DNA of 64,000 nucleotides, from IMG/VR virus record IMGVR_UViG_3300010883_028422, positions 1 to 64,000 of that record; one strand, given 5' to 3'. The notes below the pieces were generated by a model, which did not search any database, was not told the DNA's origin, and worked only from the letters and a program-made list of their open reading frames with translations. Numbering within the stretch: position 1 is the stretch's first letter; every line of letters starts with the position of its first letter. The position numbers and the translations under genes are program-made. This DNA is from a virus. Of the stretch, positions 10,012 through 19,143 are shown one piece after another.

Positions 10012-13000
10012 TTGATACTTAAGCACAATAGAAATACAGAGATAGCCAAAGAAATAGAGGAATATCTGTATAAGTCAGGTTTTCACAAGATAGTGAAGCA
10101 CGCAGGCGACTCTATTGAGGAGTGGTGTCGTAGTGTTAGTATTAATACCGGTGGCACGACATGGCTGACTTATACCGGAGGGTCAGCACTCCCCGAAGCT
10201 GCAGGCGCCTCAGGAAGTACTGTTGTTAAAGATGCATTAAAAACTAAACTTGTTAAAAAATTAATAACCAATCAATTAGGTACAGCATCAAGTTTTTTCA
10301 AAGCTGAACAGAACAAACATTGGTTGGCCACAAAACACAAAACAGTTGATGGCGAATTTACATATATATTTCCCGGAGAGGACGGGTATGACACTGCCGG
10401 AACCAACTATGTCTTCGGAGATGTTAGAAGCCGTGCTTCGATTATTAGCCTTTTTACAAGCTCCAAACTTAATTCGGATTCTAAAGGGGCTTTATTTTTT
10501 GACGAATTGGCCGATGGAACATCGGCCACCGTAACTATTCATGATCGTTACGATACAAAAGATATTCCTGAAATAAATATAAATAGCACCGCAGAAGAAC
10601 ATATAAGCGTGATGAAGCATCGACATGCCGATAAGTTTAAAAAGATAAACTTTTTATTTTTGGGTCCCGACTATACCTCAGATGGAACCTCAATTAATGA
10701 AAGATTTATTAATTATTACAAAGATAATTGGTTTACAAATCTAACTGATGGTCAAGTCGCAGGCATAATCGGATGCACTACCACTGCCGAGGACGGGCCC
10801 GCCGAGGACGAGCCCCCCAAGGCCGAGCAGCCCGAGCCTGCGCCCGAGCCTGCGCCTGCGCCCGAGCCCGAGCGGTCCGAGCCCACGCCCGTTCTGGGCG
10901 GCGACGATAATCTTGAAGAACTTAAAGAAGAAGATAAGGTTGTCCCCGGTGGCACATATAGTATGAATGATAAAGCTTATGTGCCAATAACAAATGAGGA
11001 TAAGGTGTGGCATGCTGATGATTCATGGTATATTATTCCTCCAAAAGACTCTGAGGATTGTGGTGCTGTTAAAGAGTATCTTGCGATAAATACGGCATGG
11101 ATGAGTGGTAACACAGAAGAGCTTGATACATCATGGATGAGCTACGAAGACTGGTTCGGTGAGTATAATAAGCTAAATAGCTCTTCTGAAAAAGTGAAGG
11201 CCACCCAAAAGGCCCTTGCCACGTGCAAGGCAAATGCTCAAGGAGGAGCTAATGATCCAACTACTTGCGCATTAGAACAGGGCGAGTTTGATACGGCAGT
11301 GAAAAGTGCAGATTATATTGAATTTAAAAAATTATTAAAAGATGCATACGCCGTTGGCGTTGCTTATGGGTGCCAGATTGGTAGGGTTGATGCCGATTGG
11401 GTGTTGGGAGCGGCAGGAAGCGATCCCACCGGCTCTGCCACGTATGGTAAAAAAACAGCAACTAACATTGAGACTGGCGGAGAAGTTAAGAAGGAAGAGA
11501 GGACTAAATATGAGCCTGGGCTTAGTGGGTATGACCAATGGCATGGGGATTATTCCACCAGGCCACAGGGAGACAGGCCGTTATATTCGGACGATACCAT
11601 GGTCAATGTTTCTTTCGGGCCCGGCCTGGAAAGCATACAGATTCCCATAAAAAGCTTTCTTCTTGGAAAAGGAGGGAGCCGAGAGCATAACGCAAGGTCT
11701 TTTGCGAGCAAAATAGGAGATGCATTTAATGTGGGGTATCCAGGATCTTGCATAATGAATGCAATATTTGACCCAGGGGAAGCGGTAATTGTAGAAGATA
11801 ACAAGGGTGTTAATGAAGTTAGGTATGTTTATTTAAGTGGTGGGGTAACAGGCTCTCGTAGCTTGGGCCCGGATCACGCAGGCACTGCTGAATATGATAG
11901 TGCATACGGAAAAGTCATAACTAGGTATAATGAGCTTTTAAATGTATTATTTAACGCAGATCAAGTTGGAGAAATTAATGGCTTGTTTTTGCCAACAATT
12001 CTTTTGTGGTATTATGATTATAAGCTAAAGGGCCAGGGCGCTTCTGAGTTTGGGGCGGCCGTAAGAAGGTGGTGCGGCAGCGACGGCATTCCTTGGACCG
12101 CTTTAATTGATCAGGCAATTCCTTATGTGGAGCAATGGCTGAAGGACACCCCATATCTTATTAGAGATGGTAGCAAGAAGATTCTGAATCCAGATTGGCC
12201 AACAAGACCAAATGGTAAACCGTATGGTCGCGGGACTTTTGGTGGCCAGCCAACCATAGATAGGGCGGTCGAGGAAATGAGAAAGGATTGGGAGAGCGAG
12301 ATTAGCTCCAAGTTTGTTTCGTGGAGAAAGGGCGGTAGCCTTATAGATTCGCGCCAAGCAATAATAAAAAATAGCTCTGCTCCAATTTATGATAGGATTA
12401 TGACGAATGATCCTGAATATTTAAAATATAAAATAATTAAGTCAAATTCCAAAAAACTAGATGAGGATATGGCCATTAGAGAGATTCAACTTAGTAAGAT
12501 TGCATTAAATAACTTTAATCATTCTACTAATGATAATGAATTAAAACGTAATAACACAAAAACTACTAATTTTTATGATGATATTATGAAAAAGTATGCA
12601 GATGATTTTTTAAATACTTATTTGGACGACGCCTTACAGGGTCTGTCCAAGGAGTATGCTGGTTCTTTTTATACGGGGCTGGATGGCACGTATAAATTAA
12701 ACGATAATGCTGAAGAGGATAAATATAGCTCTTATTACAACGTTCATGACGAAACTGGTGCAGATTTAATTGGTTCTGCTCATCCAAAGTCAATAAACTT
12801 AGCAGATGCTATGGGTAATGGCGGATTGGTAGAAAATGCAGTTGAAAGTGGCAATAGAATGGCGGAGATTGCAAGGAATACGCCATCAGGTAACTACAGA
12901 TCAAAGCACGCAGGTATTGCTGAGAGATTAAATAAACTAGCAAAATTTGCAGGCCTTAGTGGTGACCGGCAGTCTATGAAAAAAATAAATATTGCAATTC

Positions 13001-13020
13001 GCAAATTTAAAAGGGAATAA
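10012..13020 (+). CDS. Hypothetical 1002-aa protein, probably a head-associated or internal protein
   Basis: TTG start 5 nt after AGGAGA. Carries a Pro/Glu/Ala linker. Sits directly upstream of the decoration-capsid pair. Confidence 0.85.
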   Translation: MILKHNRNTEIAKEIEEYLYKSGFHKIVKHAGDSIEEWCRSVSINTGGTTWLTYTGGSALPEAAGASGSTVVKDALKTKLVKKLITNQLGTASSFFKAEQNKHWLATKHKTVDGEFTYIFPGEDGYDTAGTNYVFGDVRSRASIISLFTSSKLNSDSKGALFFDELADGTSATVTIHDRYDTKDIPEININSTAEEHISVMKHRHADKFKKINFLFLGPDYTSDGTSINERFINYYKDNWFTNLTDGQVAGIIGCTTTAEDGPAEDEPPKAEQPEPAPEPAPAPEPERSEPTPVLGGDDNLEELKEEDKVVPGGTYSMNDKAYVPITNEDKVWHADDSWYIIPPKDSEDCGAVKEYLAINTAWMSGNTEELDTSWMSYEDWFGEYNKLNSSSEKVKATQKALATCKANAQGGANDPTTCALEQGEFDTAVKSADYIEFKKLLKDAYAVGVAYGCQIGRVDADWVLGAAGSDPTGSATYGKKTATNIETGGEVKKEERTKYEPGLSGYDQWHGDYSTRPQGDRPLYSDDTMVNVSFGPGLESIQIPIKSFLLGKGGSREHNARSFASKIGDAFNVGYPGSCIMNAIFDPGEAVIVEDNKGVNEVRYVYLSGGVTGSRSLGPDHAGTAEYDSAYGKVITRYNELLNVLFNADQVGEINGLFLPTILLWYYDYKLKGQGASEFGAAVRRWCGSDGIPWTALIDQAIPYVEQWLKDTPYLIRDGSKKILNPDWPTRPNGKPYGRGTFGGQPTIDRAVEEMRKDWESEISSKFVSWRKGGSLIDSRQAIIKNSSAPIYDRIMTNDPEYLKYKIIKSNSKKLDEDMAIREIQLSKIALNNFNHSTNDNELKRNNTKTTNFYDDIMKKYADDFLNTYLDDALQGLSKEYAGSFYTGLDGTYKLNDNAEEDKYSSYYNVHDETGADLIGSAHPKSINLADAMGNGGLVENAVESGNRMAEIARNTPSGNYRSKHAGIAERLNKLAKFAGLSGDRQSMKKINIAIRKFKRE
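10785..10906 (+). repeat. GC-rich short tandem repeat (CCCGAG/CCTGCG hexamer units) encoding a Pro-Glu-Ala linker
   Basis: cccgagcctgcg x2 (10831-10854), cctgcg, then cccgag x2 (10861-10872). Translates as AEDGPAEDEPPKAEQPEPAPEPAPAPEPERSEPTPV. Confidence 0.85.
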
Positions 13021-13047
13021 GGTTTAATTTTTAACTTTATTCACATT

Positions 13048-13059
13048 CTATTAATTAAT
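13048..13059 (+). promoter_or_regulatory. Candidate late-promoter element CTATTAATTAAT upstream of the decoration/capsid genes
   Basis: Intergenic, 31 nt upstream of ATG 13079. Near-copies at 9971 and 22108. Confidence 0.45.
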
Positions 13060-13078
13060 GTTTTAAGGAGAAATTATT

Positions 13079-13852
13079 ATGGCATTAACACTTTTACAGC
13101 CGGGCATGGAGCCTCTTGGTCAATTTGACCTGGCTGATGGCGTCACCCCAGTTGGTGGCGAGTGCGCCACGTTTGGTGCAGCCGCAGGTACATCTACGGC
13201 TGACGATTGGGCAGGTTTAACAACCCTGATCCTTGACGGGCCACTAGATGTAGCCCCTACATTGGGTCTCAACGCGGGTACAGCTTTGCTTGACAGTACC
13301 ACTGCTGCTGTCGCGGGGGCTCTACCGATGCCCGAACTTCATGGACTTGTCGATGAAGGTGCAACTGGTTATGGCACACTGTTTGGTACCGTAATTGGCG
13401 GTACTGCAGGTCAGGGAACTGGTCTGGGCGGCACACCGGGAGTCGGTGTTGTCGTTGTAGGACCAAATACTAATCTTGGTTCTGGCAAGGCAACCCTTTG
13501 GGATAAGCCGGGCCTTTATGGTGCAAGCCAGCCTGCATGGGTTGGTCTTGCTGCTGCTGGAGCTGATGGTGCAGTTTTGAACTCTGCTATTTATGCTGTT
13601 ACCGCTACCTCAGCTACTGCCTTGGCCGTAGTCACGGGAGCTACTGCTGGTGAGCTTTGCTCTAACGTAGATACCGCAGGTTGTGTTGCGGGAATGATAA
13701 CAACTGACAACGAAGCCATACAGGCTGTTGGATTATTTGTTGGAACCCTCGCGGATTCATCCCTGGTATCTACGTCAAATGTTGCGGCCGGTGTTGCTGC
13801 TGTAACTGAAACACATGCAATTTACTTTTTTGGTAATGGAGGTGCAAGATGA
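13079..13852 (+). CDS. Probable head decoration (cementing) or minor capsid protein
   Basis: Gly/Ala/Thr/Val-rich 257 aa with a strong AAGGAG RBS. Its stop overlaps the capsid gene start (ATGA at 13849-13852), the usual position of a decoration protein. Confidence 0.6.
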   Translation: MALTLLQPGMEPLGQFDLADGVTPVGGECATFGAAAGTSTADDWAGLTTLILDGPLDVAPTLGLNAGTALLDSTTAAVAGALPMPELHGLVDEGATGYGTLFGTVIGGTAGQGTGLGGTPGVGVVVVGPNTNLGSGKATLWDKPGLYGASQPAWVGLAAAGADGAVLNSAIYAVTATSATALAVVTGATAGELCSNVDTAGCVAGMITTDNEAIQAVGLFVGTLADSSLVSTSNVAAGVAAVTETHAIYFFGNGGAR

Positions 13853-14916
13853 GTAACATATTTAATACAAATGGTGAGCTTAATGCTGGTAACGTAAAGG
13901 ATGCATTAAGTCAGATCGTGAAGTATGCTTCTATTGTTGAAGAGCTTCAGTCTGCCAATGATGTTGCTTCTGCAGCGCCTTCTCTGAATGATTCTCAGAG
14001 AGATGATATGATTAAGCAGGCGCTTATGACACAAGAGGGCAAGATTGCTCTTGGTCAGGCAATGGCGAACCCAATCCGTAGGAACTTGGATTATCAAGGT
14101 GTAGGTCGCAAGGCCCTCGTCGTTGATCCTCTCCCACAGGGTGCGCTTCCAGTGTATGACCGAGATATTGATGTTGCAGCTGTCGTTGTTTCTAGCAACG
14201 GTTCTGCTCCAGAGTCTCGTGTCTTCGGTGACCGTGTGACTGTTCCTGAGTTTGAAGTTGTTTCAAATCCAACTGTCCGTATTGCAGAAGTTAAGCGCCG
14301 TCGTTTCAATGTAATCGATCGTGCTCAGCAGAAGGCAAGGCAGGAGATCCAGGCTCAAGAGGATGCTAACGTATTCGGAGCACTTGGTTTCTGTACTGCT
14401 GCCGCTGGTGGTGAAAACGCGCTTGTCAACCTTGACTATAATGCTGCTCCTGGTGCGATGATTGCTGCTGCTGCTGGTGGTGCAACACCAACTAACACGA
14501 CCATGCTATCAAAGGCTGGCCTGGTTGAGCTGAAGCGCTCTGTTGATCGCTGGGACCTTGTAACTTCTAAGTACTTCATGAATATCAATGAATTCACTGA
14601 TATGCTGAACTGGGAAGCTGCTGGTGGTGCTGGTGCGTCACAGGTTGATCCTGTAACGCAGAGAGAGATTCTTCAGACTGGACTTTATGGACACATTTTT
14701 GGTGCCGACATTGTCGTATCCAAGGTTGTTCCTGCACGTAGCGTTTTCGCTGTTGCAGATCCTGAGTTTGTCGGTGTCATGCCGGTCAGACAGGATATTG
14801 AGGTTCTTCCTGCAGATGAGCCCAAGCAACTTAAGCTTGGTTGGGTTGTTAGCGAAATCATCGGTATTGGTATCGTTAACCCACGTGGTGTCGCTGTTGG
14901 TCAGGTAACTGCCTAA
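13849..14916 (+). CDS. Major capsid protein, HK97 fold
   Basis: 355 aa. Segments GQAMANPIRRNLDYQGVGRKALVVDPLPQG, RRRFNVIDRAQQKARQEIQAQEDANVF (spine helix), GLYGHIFGADIVVSKVVP and LGWVVSEIIGIGIVNPRGVA match the HK97-fold layout. Followed by a strong terminator. Confidence 0.92.
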   Translation: MSNIFNTNGELNAGNVKDALSQIVKYASIVEELQSANDVASAAPSLNDSQRDDMIKQALMTQEGKIALGQAMANPIRRNLDYQGVGRKALVVDPLPQGALPVYDRDIDVAAVVVSSNGSAPESRVFGDRVTVPEFEVVSNPTVRIAEVKRRRFNVIDRAQQKARQEIQAQEDANVFGALGFCTAAAGGENALVNLDYNAAPGAMIAAAAGGATPTNTTMLSKAGLVELKRSVDRWDLVTSKYFMNINEFTDMLNWEAAGGAGASQVDPVTQREILQTGLYGHIFGADIVVSKVVPARSVFAVADPEFVGVMPVRQDIEVLPADEPKQLKLGWVVSEIIGIGIVNPRGVAVGQVTA

Positions 14917-14948
14917 TTTGTCGATAGCCATAGTTGGCTAAAAATATT

Positions 14949-14982
14949 AAAGACCTCGGAGTTTTCTCCGGGGTCTTTTTTT
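14949..14982 (+). terminator. Rho-independent terminator after the capsid gene
   Basis: AGACCTCGGAG-tttt-CTCCGGGGTCT (11 bp, one G-U pair) followed by a T run. Confidence 0.85.
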
Positions 14983-15028
14983 ATCTTTTTTATTTATAGT
15001 ATTATATTTGTAGTAAGTGGAGGTTGTG

Positions 15029-15670
15029 ATGAATCCAAATGATATAAGGAAGAGGCAGATTTATGTCAAAGGAAGGCCGCTTGAGAATAGGCTTTCTGTG
15101 GTAAAATATCAGAGAAGAGACGCAAATTTTGTTGACACTCCGTCTGTCGAGAATATAGAGTTTGATACATTTTTTGACTATGAAGATGAGCTATCAGGCT
15201 TAAAGCCATCAAATGAACAAATAGAAGTATCTTCTAATGACAGTATGGTTATGGAGGAAAGCAATGATTATACCAAGGGCAATGGCGCGTATACGGCTAG
15301 GCCCGCAACACCAGACGAAGTAGCTGATGCGGGAATTTCAATGCAGCGGGATGATGCAGGTGCGAATAGATTTGTCCCAACAGCACAACACGGAGGGGAC
15401 GGCCATATTCTGCACGGAGAGGATGTGACGCCAGTTATAATGAGACCTGTTTATAAAAAGGCGGAAGGGGCACCTGTTAGCCTGGATATTTCCAAAGAAG
15501 TAGCGGCACCCAAGGAACACTCTTCTGATGAAAAAAGAAAGTATGATGACGTTGTTGGGTTCGAGTTTGTAAGGTGCGCGTACGTAATGAAGAGCAAGAG
15601 GCAGTGCAAGCGCCAGGCTCCAAAAAATAGCACAATATGCTCAATTCATAAAAAAATGTTAAATAATTAA
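15029..15670 (+). CDS. Hypothetical protein with C-terminal CCCH zinc-finger-like motif
   Basis: C-x9-C-x10-C-x2-H at 15575-15649. Start moved from the track's GTG 15017 to ATG 15029 because GGAGG lies at 15019-15023. Confidence 0.75.
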   Translation: MNPNDIRKRQIYVKGRPLENRLSVVKYQRRDANFVDTPSVENIEFDTFFDYEDELSGLKPSNEQIEVSSNDSMVMEESNDYTKGNGAYTARPATPDEVADAGISMQRDDAGANRFVPTAQHGGDGHILHGEDVTPVIMRPVYKKAEGAPVSLDISKEVAAPKEHSSDEKRKYDDVVGFEFVRCAYVMKSKRQCKRQAPKNSTICSIHKKMLNN

Positions 15671-15916
15671 AGATCTTAGAAGTTATTGATATACAGATAT
15701 TTTATATATGCTGTCATTTTTTTAATAAAATAATATTGCTAATATATTGAAGTTGGTCATGAAAAAGGCAGACGTATTGGTCGCCAATGGAGTATCGCAA
15801 TTACACGACCATAAGTAAGCATTATAATATTTAAATAAAAAAAATTATGGCCACCCTATATTTTAAAAGATTTAATATAAAATAGATGGCATAGGTTTAA
15901 GGGGAATCAGCAAATA

Positions 15917-16138
15917 ATGAATATATATAAAACATCAGATTTAGCTTTAGCTGCATATATAACTATGAAGGGACTAAAGCTTGTATCTGCGTCAAAATTG
16001 CCAAGTGGTAATTTTAACTTTGAAATAGAAGATCCGGATGAGAACGCTCAATCTTTAGCGATAGAGTATGTTGGCAGCGATTTTTGTCAATTTGATAACA
16101 AGGTAAGGGCATTAAAAAAATTACTCTACTCAGATTAG
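15917..16138 (+). CDS. Small DUF5659-like protein
   Basis: The N-terminus MNIYKTSDLALAAYI resembles the recalled DUF5659 signature. RBS AAGGGG upstream. Confidence 0.6.
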   Translation: MNIYKTSDLALAAYITMKGLKLVSASKLPSGNFNFEIEDPDENAQSLAIEYVGSDFCQFDNKVRALKKLLYSD

Positions 16139-16152
16139 CATGAGCGATTATT

Positions 16153-16782
16153 ATGAAAAGGAATATAAAAAGTTCATTTTTAAAGGCAAGATATTTAAAC
16201 GAAGAGTATCGGGAGGCGAAGGAGCTGTTTGACAAATACTATATGGAGTTTTTTAAAGCTTTGGATGTTTTCATAAAGGAAAATAATATTGAAGGATTAA
16301 ATGTTCTGCTTCCTGATGAAAGTAAGGAGTCTGCGGTGGCTGAAGCTGTAAATGATAAGCCCGAATCAGAGACAGAGAATGCTGACGAAGATTTTAAGAA
16401 TATAGCATCAGAAGAGTTAAAAAAATTATATAGAAAGATAGCGATGATAGCACATCCAGATAGACATCCAAAGCATATATCAGAGGACAAAAAGAAAGAG
16501 ATGATTGAGATTTACAATAAAAGCACAATGGCCATGAACGATGGCGATGTATTTTCCGTATTAGATGCAGCATCTGAGCTATATATCGATTTGCCAAAAC
16601 TTAGTGATGAAGAGATTAAAATAATAAAGGAAAAATGTTTATTTCTTGAAGACAACATAAAGGCTTTAAAAAATACTTATCCATTTATATGGGGCGAAGA
16701 AGATAATTTTAATAAAAGAAAGTCTATTATTGAAACATTTATTGATTCAATAAACAGGGAGCAACGTAATGAAGCCGACTAA
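16153..16782 (+). CDS. J-domain (DnaJ-like) co-chaperone protein
   Basis: ELKKLYRKIAMIAHPDRH followed by a helix: HPD motif at 16453-16461 in J-domain helix II/III context, flanked by helical charged regions. Confidence 0.8.
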   Translation: MKRNIKSSFLKARYLNEEYREAKELFDKYYMEFFKALDVFIKENNIEGLNVLLPDESKESAVAEAVNDKPESETENADEDFKNIASEELKKLYRKIAMIAHPDRHPKHISEDKKKEMIEIYNKSTMAMNDGDVFSVLDAASELYIDLPKLSDEEIKIIKEKCLFLEDNIKALKNTYPFIWGEEDNFNKRKSIIETFIDSINREQRNEAD

Positions 16783-17323
16783 GCATTTAATAGAAAAATA
16801 TCCTGGTCTATATGATTATATATTTATACATAATGGAAAGTATTGGTTCATGAAAGAAGGTCCTGGAAGTTTTTATGTCATTCCAGCTGTTGGTGATATA
16901 GTAGAGTATCAGAATGGAGAGAGAAATATTGTTTTACATGTAGAAGCAGAAGCTGGAAGTGATGGAGGTGTTTCGTTTGACATTAGGGCATCTACAGGGG
17001 TTCAGATGGTCTTAGCGAGAAAGGGTCGTTCAACTTCAGTGCTTACAATTACATATGATCAGGATGAAGAGTGGTCCTTAGAAGATGCCAGGCTAATTAG
17101 AGACGGCACACTTATATATCCAGTTTCTAGATATTTTTATCTTTTAAATAATTTTATAATATTTAAAAATAATTTACCGAACAAGGTAAAGCATATAGTT
17201 GCACTTTCTAAAGCAAAGCTTTTAAATATTTACAATGCAACTACATCAATGATCGAAGGTATAAAAAAGAAATTAAAATCTACTTTATTAAAAATAAAGC
17301 AGGTTTGTTTCAGGAAAAAATAG
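16769..17323 (+). CDS. Hypothetical protein
   Basis: 184-aa ORF overlapping the upstream gene. Basic C-terminus. No recognisable motif. Confidence 0.7.
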   Translation: MKPTKHLIEKYPGLYDYIFIHNGKYWFMKEGPGSFYVIPAVGDIVEYQNGERNIVLHVEAEAGSDGGVSFDIRASTGVQMVLARKGRSTSVLTITYDQDEEWSLEDARLIRDGTLIYPVSRYFYLLNNFIIFKNNLPNKVKHIVALSKAKLLNIYNATTSMIEGIKKKLKSTLLKIKQVCFRKK

Positions 17324-17436
17324 ATTTTTACGAATAAGTAAGTTAAGTTTGGTTTGGTTAGAGTTTTTTAATTTTATTAGTTATATTTAAGTTGTTTTAA
17401 GTTTTTAAACAAAACATAATATAAGGAGAAATTATT

Positions 17437-18984
17437 ATGGCTAAAACAAAAATACATCCACATCAGATGGATTTCACAAAAAACCTTGGTGACATTGATA
17501 TTCAGGGCTTTAGGTTGACTGCTCAACAGCTGACCTTGGACGTTGGCGATGGTCTTGCCCCGATGCTTGTTACTTCGACAACTAAGGTTGTTAACCTTAA
17601 CGTTGATAAACTTGATGGCGCTGATTGGGCGGCTCCAGCTGATCTTGGCTCCGGCACTCCGGCCGCTGTTACTGGTACTATATTGAAGGGTAATACTTCG
17701 GTACGAACCCCTCTTATTGAATTCACCGATGGTGATGATGCTATTACCATAGTTGATGGTGGTGGTGTAACCATAGGAAATTTAACAGCTACAACTGCTG
17801 ATATTAATGGTGGTAACATTGACGCAACTGTAATTGGAGCTTCTGGTGCTCTTGCTGGTACCTTTCAAGCTCTTGTTTGTACCACAGCCGCTCCAAGCAC
17901 AAGCTTGGCAATTGCTGCTGACGGTGCTGTTGTTACTGGTATCAAAAATGAGGCCAACATGGCGTCTAACTCTGCTGTAAAGCTTGCTACCCAGGCTTCC
18001 ATTAAGTCTTATGTTGATGATCAGATTGATGCACACATTGAAGGCATAGACACAAAGCAGTCTGTTAAGCGCGCGACGACTCAAGCGCTTCCTGGTTGTA
18101 ATTACGCTAATGGAACCGCTGGAGTAGGGGCAACCTTAACTGCCACTGCCAATGGCGCTTTGGCAGATATTGACGGGTCTGCTTCGGCTGTAGGTGATAG
18201 GCTGCTTGTCAAAAACCAAGCCGCTGAGTTGCAAAATGGTATATATGAGGTTACCGTCATCGGTCCCGTTGACGAACCGTTCGTACTAACTAGGGTCCCA
18301 GGTCTCGATCAGGCCCAGGACTTCCCCGGTGCGTTTGTATTCATTGAGTCAGGTGCGGTCCATGCGGGACAAGGCTGGATTTGTAATGTGACCCCACAAA
18401 CAGTGGGTACCAACGATGTTGACTTTGCTCAGTTTTCCTATGCTGGTGTTGCTACCTATGGAGACGGTCTGGATCAATCTGGTGCAGGTCTGATAACCGT
18501 TGATGTTTCTGACCTTTTCGTCGCAGACCATGGTCTTGAAGAAGATAGCAACAACTTGAGGCTTTCTGCGCAAGGTAACGGTCTTACTGGTGGTGCTGGT
18601 GCCGTACTGTCTCTTGATCTAGATGGCGCTTCGCTGGCTCTTGGTGGTTCTGGTGTTAAAATTAACGATACTGGTGTGACCGAAGCTCATCTGAACGCTT
18701 CTGTTGCAGGCGTGGGCTTAGTCGGTGGTGCAAATAGCCCCCTCGGCATAAACTTTATAAGAGAGACATACGCTTATAATGGCGGACCTGGTAGTTCTAC
18801 TACAGTCTTTGATTTGGCGCAACAGCATGGCGCTGCTAGTGACATGCTGTTATTCCTAAATGGCATATTGCAGGAGGAAGGTGCTGGTGACGACTATGTA
18901 CGTACTGATAACAATACCATTACATTCGCGAACGCATGTGTTGCTGGTGATGTTATCCATGCTGCCTACTTTAAGAGCAACTAG
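17437..18984 (+). CDS. Virion fibre or whisker-like structural protein
   Basis: Strong RBS. Contains ATQASIKSYVDDQI, GDRLLVKNQ...QNGIYEVT, repeated G-x-G-L shaft-like motifs and a C-terminal LFLNGILQEEGAGDDY module typical of phage fibre proteins. A terminator follows. Confidence 0.7.
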   Translation: MAKTKIHPHQMDFTKNLGDIDIQGFRLTAQQLTLDVGDGLAPMLVTSTTKVVNLNVDKLDGADWAAPADLGSGTPAAVTGTILKGNTSVRTPLIEFTDGDDAITIVDGGGVTIGNLTATTADINGGNIDATVIGASGALAGTFQALVCTTAAPSTSLAIAADGAVVTGIKNEANMASNSAVKLATQASIKSYVDDQIDAHIEGIDTKQSVKRATTQALPGCNYANGTAGVGATLTATANGALADIDGSASAVGDRLLVKNQAAELQNGIYEVTVIGPVDEPFVLTRVPGLDQAQDFPGAFVFIESGAVHAGQGWICNVTPQTVGTNDVDFAQFSYAGVATYGDGLDQSGAGLITVDVSDLFVADHGLEEDSNNLRLSAQGNGLTGGAGAVLSLDLDGASLALGGSGVKINDTGVTEAHLNASVAGVGLVGGANSPLGINFIRETYAYNGGPGSSTTVFDLAQQHGAASDMLLFLNGILQEEGAGDDYVRTDNNTITFANACVAGDVIHAAYFKSN

Positions 18985-19039
18985 TAGTTCTTGAATATTA
19001 TTGAAAACTTGGTTGTATATTAATTTTTGAATAATTTTG

Positions 19040-19070
19040 AAGGGGGGAGGAGTTCCTCCCCCCTTATTTT
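19040..19070 (+). terminator. Rho-independent terminator after the fibre gene
   Basis: AAGGGGGGAGG-agtt-CCTCCCCCCTT, a perfect 11-bp stem, followed by ATTTT. Confidence 0.8.
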
Positions 19071-19143
19071 GATATTGAATATCTAATTTTGCATACTAAT
19101 TAATCTTTACTATTATGATCACACCCAATAGGGTTAGGAAGAC

